From: Ranitomeya imitator
Taxonomy: Eukaryota
DNA: 64,000 nt
Assembly (NCBI RefSeq): GCF_032444005.1
Contig: NC_091289.1
Location: forward strand, 16,182,001 to 16,246,000
Reading direction: 5' to 3'
Shown here piece after piece: positions 56,901 to 64,000 of the stretch. The position numbers and the translations under genes are program-made. The notes below the pieces were generated by a model. The model was not told the DNA's origin, did not search any database, and was given only the letters and a program-made list of their open reading frames with translations. The stretch's first letter is position 1; each line of letters starts with the position of its first letter.

Positions 56901-59698
56901 GGGATGGGTGACTATCCGTAGGACACACGGGATGGGTGACTATCCGTAGGACACACGGGATGGGTGACTATCCGTAGGACACACGGGATGGGTGACTATC
57001 CGTAGGACACACGGGATGGGTGACTATCCGTAGGACACACGGGATGGGTGACTATCCGTAGGACACACGGGATGGGTGACTATCCGTAGGACACACGGGA
57101 TGGGTGACTATCCGTAGGACACACGGGATGGGTGACTATCCGTAGGACACACGGGATGGGTGACTATCCGTAGGACACACGGGATGGGTGACTATCCGTA
57201 GGACACACGGGATGGGTGACTATCCGTAGGACACACGGGATGGGTGACTATCCGTAGGACACACGGGATGGGTGACTATCCGTAGGACACACGGGATGGG
57301 TGACTATCCGTAGGACACCGTGCTGATCGCTGGGGTCTGCACAGCCCAGGCTTGTGTGCAGCGTAGATGAACATGTTGGTCCTCAGCGCCATTCCTTGTG
57401 TACGAGGCTGCCGACGAGTACAGTGCCCGGACCCCAGCGATCAGTAAGACATCCCCTACCCCCTAACTTGCAGATCACTGAGGGTCCGAGCTCTGTCTCA
57501 GCTTTATCAGGCCAAACAGGATTATATTAGACTAGATGGCAGCCCGATTCTAAAGAATCGGGAGTCTAGAATCCATATATACTTTATTTATTCAAATGTA
57601 AGAATAATACAATTAATAAATAATAGTAAGAAAGAACAAAAATAATAGGCAGTATATGGAGAAAACACCAAACAAAAGTTCAAAATTGGTGTGAAAATGT
57701 CACTGAACCACTTCACAACTAAATATATATAGTTTTGGTAAATGGTATTATCATTTTTTTGACGAAATTCGGCAGGAGCTTGAAGAGCAACGTCACTGGG
57801 CCGCCTCCACGCAGTAGAAACTTGCTGTGAGGTAAAAATTCAAAAATCACACCAAAATGGCGGGCGGAGTGTGTCACAGTACGGCACGTTTCTGATTGGT
57901 CGCTCGCAGCAGGCGGCAACCAATCAGACACTGTTGACGTCACTTATCTCCGGACATTAGCTCCGCACATTAGCTCCGCACATTAGCTCCGGACAAAGCC
58001 ACGGAAGTTGGCACAAATTGCAGGAAGTAGTATTCTAGGCTATATATATATATATATATATATACTCACGTTCCTGGGGTCCACCGCTGCTACTGGTGTG
58101 TTATTGTCTGCAACGTTTACACCATGTCAACAGCGCTGCAGACAACCAGTGAGCTCAGCAGCTCTGCCCGAGGTGACGGTACCCCTGCAGCCAGTCAGTG
58201 AGCTCTGCCCGAGGTGACGGGAGCCCTGCAGCCAGTCAGTGAGGTCAGCGGCTCTGCCCGAGGTGACGGTACCCCTGCAGCCAGTCAGTGAGCTCTGCCC
58301 GAGGTGACGGTACCCCTGCAGCCAGTCAGCGAGCTCAGCCCGAGGTGACGCCACCCCTGCAGCCAGTCAGCGAGCTCAGCAGCTCTGCCCGAGGTGACGC
58401 CACCCCTGCAGCCAGTCAGTGAGGTCAGCGGCTCTGCCCGAGGTGACGGTACCCCTGCAGCCAGTCAGTGAGGTCAGCGGCTCTGCCCGAGGTGACGCCA
58501 CCCCTGCAGCCAGTCAGTGAGCTCAGCGGATCTGCCTGAGGTGACGCCACCCCTGCAGCCAGTCAGTGAGCTCAGCAGCTCTGCCCGAGGTGACGCCACC
58601 CCTGCAGCCAGTCAGTGAGGTCAGCGGCTCTGCCCGAGGTGACGGTACCCCTGCAGCCAGTCAGTGAGGTCAGCGGCTCTGCCCGAGGTGACGGTACCCC
58701 TGCAGCCAGTCAGTGAGCTCAGCGGCTCTGCCCGAGGTGACGCCACCCCTGCAGCCAGTCAGTGAGCTCAGCGGATCTGCCCGAGGTGACGCCACCCCTG
58801 CAGCCAGTCAGCGAGCTCAGCAGCTCTGCCCGAGGTGACGCCACCCCTGCAGCCAGTCAGTGAGCTCAGCGGATCTGCCCGTACCCCTGCAGCCAGTCAG
58901 TGAGCTCAGCAGCTCTGCCCGAGGTGACGCCACCCCTGCAGCCAGTCAGTGAGCTCAGCGGCTCTGCCCGAGGTGACGCCACCCCTGCAGCCAGTCAGTG
59001 AGCTCAGCCCGAGGTGACGCACCCCCCACAGACACCAGGAGCAGCGGCAGAGACTCCGCACCGGACACGGGGACGGCGAGTAAAGCAGTTTGTTTCTTTT
59101 GCAAATAGGAAACAAGGTTTTTCCTGAAACTAAAAAACAAACACATTTCTAACTTCTAGGATATAACCGAGACCACCATCGATCTCCAGAAGGGTCTTGT
59201 GTTCCCATATGAAGTTCTGCAGCAGCTGAGCCCGCCATTACTGCTGCCCCCCAGAGACTGCAGCTCCGTCCACCAGGACCCCATTATGTGCCCTGTAGTC
59301 TATATGAAACCCTTATGATTCGCAGATTCCCCCCTTACACTGCTCCATAGAGGCCAATGGTAAGACCCTCCTGCACTGCGGTCTATGGGGGTGCAGAGAA
59401 TCGCATGGTGTGACCGGCGCCATATAACCAGGAGAGCCGCCTCCTAGTATTGTGCAATGCTGGGGGACACCTGCAGAGGGCGCCGCACTCCCCAGAGATA
59501 ACACGGGGCAGGCTCCGGCGCGGACCTGTGCACATTCCCGGGCGGCCTCCGCCCTCCACCGGTTGCTTCACCCTCCCCAGAGCCGCTCCCAGTCCCCGAC
59601 AGTGGCCGAACCGTGACCGGCTCCTCCCCGCCGTGTAACCACCGTCCACACATCCCGGCCGGTGACCTCCCGGGGAACCTCCCCGACTCACTCACCAT
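44944..59698 (-). CDS. ARPC4: Actin-related protein 2/3 complex subunit 4 (p20-Arc; 6 exons, 168 aa)
   Basis: complement join(59698-59696,50519-50401,47796-47685,47488-47393,46411-46241,44949-44944) = 507 nt. Protein [41 protein letters not shown]…AEEFLKNF is near-identical to vertebrate ARPC4. AATAAA on the minus strand at 44021-44016. Confidence 0.97.
46241..46411 (-). CDS. ARPC4: ARPC4 exon 5
   Basis: [12 protein letters not shown]…AEEFLKN, 171 nt. Confidence 0.97.
46682..47211. repeat. 43-bp minisatellite, about 12 copies (ARPC4 intron 4)
   Basis: Unit CTACAGCCCCTTCGGACCGTGAGCGGGTCTCCTGACCAGGACG. Confidence 0.95.
47393..47488 (-). CDS. ARPC4: ARPC4 exon 4
   Basis: [32 protein letters not shown], 96 nt. 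Confidence 0.97.
47685..47796 (-). CDS. ARPC4: ARPC4 exon 3
   Basis: SSKELLLQP…SIAVKQ, 112 nt. Confidence 0.97.
48639..50277 (+). mobile_element. Older, degenerate Tc1 transposon in ARPC4 intron 2
   Basis: TIR CAGTGGCATGTAAAAGTTTAGGCACCCCTGG / CAGGGGTGCCCAAACTTTCACATCCCACTG; broken transposase 49051-50059 (DNDPK, WPSQSPD). Confidence 0.9.
50401..50519 (-). CDS. ARPC4: ARPC4 exon 2
   Basis: SATLRPYL…KPEVEVR, 119 nt. Confidence 0.97.
50854..52267. repeat. Compound mini/microsatellite, about 40 copies (ARPC4 intron 1)
   Basis: AGGTGCTGCTCTGCTGATCCCTACGATC + variable (AC)n. Confidence 0.96.
55577..57318. repeat. 28-bp tandem repeat, about 62 apparently identical copies
   Basis: Unit GGACACACGGGATGGGTGACTATCCGTA; the line pattern recurs exactly every 420 nt. 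Confidence 0.98.
57532..58063 (-). mobile_element. Second non-autonomous Helitron-like element
   Basis: Minus-strand 3' end …CCCGATTCTTTAGAATCGGGCTGCCATCTAG-T matches the 42783 terminus; the 5' end merges into a (TA)n tract. Confidence 0.7.
58150..59020. repeat. About 49-bp minisatellite with deletion variants (ARPC4 intron 1)
   Basis: Unit GAGGTGACGCCACCCCTGCAGCCAGTCAGTGAGCTCAGCGGCTCTGCCC. Confidence 0.93.
59696..59698 (-). CDS. ARPC4: ARPC4 exon 1 (ATG only)
   Basis: gcgATG|gtgagt inside a CpG-rich region; exon 2 starts in phase 0 without Met. Confidence 0.85.
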
Positions 59699-59699
59699 C

Positions 59700-60491
59700 G
59701 CTCCGGTATCTCCCGATAGCGGAAGTGACAGCTCTGCACCTGCGCAGTCGGTCGCTTCCCCCCTCTGAGAGACAGTCAGCCATCCGGCCAAACCATTATT
59801 AAAACAGGGGGTGTAAAAGACGAGATACTGGTTTCACGTTACACAAACGTATACAGATCCCACCCTGCCCGCGAGCACGTCTCCCCCTGCCCCTGTCACA
59901 TGTTACCACCCTCATAGTTTACATTAAGTTCTACGATCAGTTTCGGAATGACAGATACATATTAGACCGTACCACCCTCTGAAGAGAGAATGGTTGCGCC
60001 TTTAGAGCTTCTCACCATATTAGGACATATGGAATGCATGAAGAGGAAACCATCGTGAACAAATAGGGGTGATCATTTTCCTAAACGGACAAAAACTGAC
60101 CACTTTTCATAATTTCACCATATATTTACATTTAATTGTATAGGAAATGTTTTATTAAATGCACGTTACGGATGTAATATTACGTAATGCGTATTTTTAA
60201 ATGACTGTTGCATTGGAGTGAAATCAGACTCCCCCCTTAGCTACTATGGACCAGTCTTACTCCGAGCCCGCCCCGCTGAGGTGTTGCTGGACTGTACCAT
60301 TTTCTCTCTCACACAATCAGCCGCGAAATTACACGCGCTCCGGTGCTGAGAGTCAGGGATCCATGTAATTCGTTCCTCTATATAATTTACATTGAGCGGC
60401 GGAGTCGTTCCCTCACTTATAGGCTTTTATTTGTATAGACCCCCCCCCCAGGCGTAGTGCGGGCCGCGGTGTGCTGTGAATAAGGGTAAGT
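59700..60491. promoter_or_regulatory. Probable bidirectional ARPC4/TADA3 CpG promoter, with candidate TADA3 non-coding exon donor (AGG|GTAAGT at 60486)
   Basis: CpG-rich; ETS/GABP-type CGGAAGTG at 59720-59727; TGCGCA at 59741; divergent genes. Confidence 0.6.
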
Positions 60492-60981
60492 AGGCGGCAT
60501 TGTGCCGGTGAATGGACCGACACGTGCAGTGAGAAGCGTCCTGCACTGGGGGATCAGTGCAGCAGCGGGAGAGCGGAGCTGCAATCTGATTGGTCGCTCC
60601 CGGTCAGCGGCGCTGCAGCCAATCACTGAGTGATGGTTGTTTTTTTTTTTTTAACCCTTTTAAGGCAGCGCTTTTTATTTTTCCTTTCATGATCTGTTTG
60701 TGAATCGTAAAGTCCAGGATCCATTCACTTTACCGGGGGGTCGCAGGGTTTGAAAGTAGTAATCTGGTCCTGCGCCGACCCTCCGCCATTGCTCTAGTCT
60801 TTGGCGTGATTACAGCACACTTCACCGCTGCAGCCAATCACTGAGACAATACACAGGGAGGCGGCGGCACTGGACCGGGGGAGGGTGTGTGTGCAACCAC
60901 TTATTATGAATCCGTTTTTATTTGCCGGTGCCTGATTTATTTTTTTTTCTTCATCTCTTCTCAGACTCTGCGGTGAAATCT

Positions 60982-61162
60982 CTGTTTTACCTGCCGAGTT
61001 CATGTGAGAGCGGCTGATTTACAAATGTCCGGACCCCTGTCTGAGCTTCTCTGCTCCCATCAGGCAGGATGAGGGGGGAGGGGGCAGCGGAGACGCTCAC
61101 ACGGGGGTCCGGATATTTGTAAATCAGCCGCTCTCGGTGCATGAACTCGGCAGGTAAAACAG
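60982..61162. repeat. Inverted repeat with about 60-bp arms (MITE-like hairpin)
   Basis: CTGTTTTACCTGCCGAGTTCATG…AGAGCGGCTGATTTACAAAT…CCGGACCCC versus its reverse complement. Confidence 0.8.
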
Positions 61163-61472
61163 CAATGGGGGAAAAAGGGATGGGGAAAAAAAAAGTAGTG
61201 GCGTGATAACGATCCTGCCCTCCACGAGGTCGTAAAATCTGCTCGGTCAGAATCGTGGAGGCGCTGCGGACAGTCGGAGTTATTATTATTTACGGTATTT
61301 CTATAGCTCCATTGATTCCATGGTGCTGTACTTGAGAAGGGGTTACATACAAATTACAGATATCACATACAGTAAACTAACAATGACAGACTGATACAGA
61401 GGGGCGAGGACCCTGCCCTTGCGGGCTCACATTCTACAGGATGGTGGGGAAGGAGACAGTAGGTCGGGGATT

Positions 61473-61693
61473 GCGGTAGCTCCGGTGTTGGTGAGGCGGT
61501 AGCTCCGGTGTTGGTGAGGCGGTAGCTCCGGTGTTGGTGAGGCGGTAGCTCCGGTGTTGGTGAGGCGGTAGCTCCGGTGTTGGTGAGGCGGTAGCTCCGG
61601 TGTTGGTGAGGCGGTAGCTCCGGTGTTGGTGAGGCGGTAGCTCCGGTGTTGGTGAGGCGGTAGCTCCGGTGTTGGTGAGGCGGTAGCTCCGGT
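61473..61693. repeat. 23-bp tandem repeat, about 9.5 copies, within the L2 3'UTR
   Basis: Unit GCGGTAGCTCCGGTGTTGGTGAG. Confidence 0.95.
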
Positions 61694-61968
61694 AGTGATG
61701 AGGCAGCAGCGGGGTCAGTGCAGGCTGTAGGCTTTCCTGAAGAGATGGGTTTTCAGGTTCCGTCTGAAGGATCCGAATGTGGTTGATAGTCGGACGTGTT
61801 GGGGCAGAGAGTTCCAGAGGATGGGGGATATTCGGGAGAAGTCTTGGAGGTGGTTGGATGAGGAGCGAATAAGTGTGGAGGAGAGAAGGAGGTCTTGGGA
61901 GGACCGGAGGTCACGTGAGGGAAGATATCTGAAGATTAGTTCAGAAATATATGGAGGAGACAGGTTGA

Positions 61969-62358
61969 GGGTATGTGCACACATTGCGGATTCTCTGCGG
62001 ATCCGCAGCGTTTTTTTGCGGTGCAGAAACGCTGCAGATCCGCAATTGATTTACAGTACAATGTAAATCAATGAGAAAAAAAAAATGCTGTGCACACTTT
62101 GCGGAAAATCCGCTGCGGTATAAAAGAAGCAGCATGTCACTTTTTTGTGACTCTGCAGTGTTTTTGTACCCATTCCGTTATAGAAAACTGCAGGGGTGAA
62201 AAACTGCCGCAAATCTGCAAGAAAATTGCAGCAAAAGCACAATAAATGTTGTGGAACCGCACAAAAAACGCAACAAATCCGCAGGTGCGTTTTCTGCCAG
62301 GAGAGGCGAATCCGCACCAGAAATTCCTAAGCCTAATCCGCAACGTGTGCACATGGCC
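61969..62358. mobile_element. MITE (Harbinger/T2-like) inside the L2
   Basis: Ends GGGTATGTGCACAC / GTGTGCACATGGCC; internal TGCGG/CCGCA repeats. Confidence 0.75.
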
Positions 62359-63187
62359 TATGCACGGCTTTGTAGGTCAGTGTTAGTAATTTGAACTGGA
62401 TACGCTGAGGGGATGGGAGCCAGTGAAGAGATTTGCAGAGGGGGGAAGCGGAGGAGTAGCGAGGAGAGAGGTGGATTAGGCGGGGTGAAGACCAGGTCTA
62501 TTGTGTGTCCGTCTGTGTGGGTGGCAGCTGTGAGGAGAAGCAGAGGGAGGGAGAAAGAGAGTGGCCCACTTGTTTTGTTAAGACAGATTTGAGGTTGAGG
62601 AGCAGGACAGGTGGGGAGGGAAGAGGATTATTAGGTTAGAGGGTGCTGGGGTTTGTGATAGTGAAGGAGAGAGAGGATTAGTGGAGCAGACACTGTAAGG
62701 GCATAGGTACACATGGTGAAGGAGTAAGATGGGTTAGTAGAAAAGCTAGGTCCAAGTAATAAGAAGTGCTTACTCAGCAGACAGATACATAGAGTGGGGT
62801 CCTGGGTTGAAATAACTGCGGCGTCCTTATGCTTAGCTGTGTAATGCTTTGCTGCAGGAATGCGCATGCCCGACTCCACAGGAAGCTACTAAATTTATAG
62901 GACCGAGTAAAGGATCAGGTGAGAAGGATTGTGGGTCCTTATTTGGGATAAATTGGACAACACCCCAGGGGAGGTTACATGATCAAAGGCACTGAGCCTG
63001 GCTACAACCATATGCTTGAACACCTCCTTGCACAAGATAATATGTCCTGTGACCCCGGCATGGATGAGCAGCAGTAAGTATTTAATACAATACGTGAATT
63101 TAGCAAACATTCAGCAGGCACATTAAAGGCAATGTTGCAGGATGGTAGGCAGCAGATAACAGCGAGTAGAGATGTTTGTACCATTAA

Positions 63188-63676
63188 GGCTATGTGCACA
63201 CGTTCAGGATTTCTTGCAGAAAATTCCTGAGAAAAACCTTTAGAATTGAGAGTCCTCAGTGGTTGATACCTTTTTCAGTTACCCATTAAAGATGGTAACA
63301 AATTGCAGCTTTCGAGACTACTCAGGTCTCTTCATCAGGCAAAGACTAAAACCAATTCTGTGAGAAAAACCTGAAATTTTCTGCAAGAAATCTGCATGCG
63401 TTTTTTGATGCGTTTTTTTTCCCGGACATTTCCCAATGCATTTTATAGTGGTAAATCTGCAAAAAAAAAAAAAAAAAAAAAAAGGAAAATTAATGAACAT
63501 GCTGCGTTTTTTACCGCGATGCGTTTTTTTTTTGCGGAAAAAAACGCATCATGTGCACAAAACCTGCAGAATTCATTCTAAATGATGGGATGCTTATTGT
63601 ATGTTTTTTTTTTTTTTTTGTGGTTTTATATCGCAAAAAAAAAAACGTGAAAAATCAGCAACGTGTGCACACAGCC
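63188..63676. mobile_element. MITE of the same type, TTAA on both sides, with a nested Penelope-type fragment (about 63240-63360)
   Basis: TTAA-GGCTATGTGCACACG…CGTGTGCACACAGCC-TTAA. Confidence 0.8.
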
Positions 63677-63908
63677 TTAAGGAGTTGCAGCCGTGTTTGG
63701 TCTAAACTGGAGACTACTGTAACAAACTGTCAGATCATTCACTAACCGCAAGCAGTGGTCTTGAATATTACCAACTTGCCGCCCTCTTTATTTTTTTCAG
63801 TGATGGTGATTGATGGCACAGGTCATTGTGCATTATGGGATGTGGGTAGATCCTTTTTATCCATTTTTTTTTTTTTTTTTTTATCCCTTTAGACCACCAG
63901 TTGCCATC

Positions 63909-64000
63909 ATGAGTGAGTTAAAAGATTGCCCGCTGCAGTTCCACGAGTTTAAGTCGGTGGACCACGTGAAGTTGTGCCCCCGGTACACGGCCGTTCTCTC
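63909..64000 (+). CDS. TADA3: Transcriptional adapter 3, first coding exon (partial, runs off window)
   Basis: MSELKDCPLQFHEFKSVDHVKLCPRYTAVL matches the recalled human TADA3 N-terminus; acceptor poly-T…ttag| at 63892; head-to-head with ARPC4. Confidence 0.93.
   Translation, partial: MSELKDCPLQFHEFKSVDHVKLCPRYTAVL

Larger units (their letters stand above)
61280..62880 (-). mobile_element. L2-clade LINE 3' fragment, interrupted by a MITE and a 23-bp repeat
   Basis: ORF2 C-terminal peptide SLHWLP…YKAVH/NLSPPY…LRSS…LWNSLP…LKTHLF; 3'UTR ends in an (ATA)n tail at about 61280. Confidence 0.8.

Noticed and set aside
55577-57318. Regular direct repeats as a CRISPR array
   Set aside because: No unique spacers, eukaryotic context, no cas genes; the same applies to all other arrays

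Overview
Vertebrate genomic DNA, most likely an anuran (frog/toad). This is inferred from the repeat content (Tc1 families, T2/Harbinger-like MITEs, L2, Helitron-like MITEs), not from a database hit. I reconstructed four spliced genes by hand from splice sites, phase continuity and recalled human orthologue sequences: RPUSD3 (+, 9 coding exons, 350 aa, 7475-14325), TTLL3 (-, 15 exons, about 919-934 aa, 34026-15308), ARPC4 (-, 6 exons, 168 aa, 59698-44944) and the start of TADA3 (+, from 63909). The order matches the human RPUSD3/TTLL3/ARPC4/TADA3 block as I recall it. Introns and spacers are packed with at least 10 unrelated tandem-repeat families, seven Tc1/mariner copies, two Helitron-like non-autonomous elements, L2 fragments, MITEs and Penelope-type termini. 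Most long ORFs in the supplied track are artefacts of minisatellites. Most interesting observations: (i) a phase-compatible ARPC4-exon5 to TTLL3-exon2 read-through, (ii) an RFX X-box centred on a TTLL3 start codon, (iii) hammerhead-ribozyme-like Penelope termini, and (iv) a 34-bp satellite acting as a TE landing pad, with two independent Tc1 insertions at the same TA of the monomer and a head-to-head nested Tc1 pair. I found no clear evidence of a wholly new biological system; these findings are hypotheses to test.
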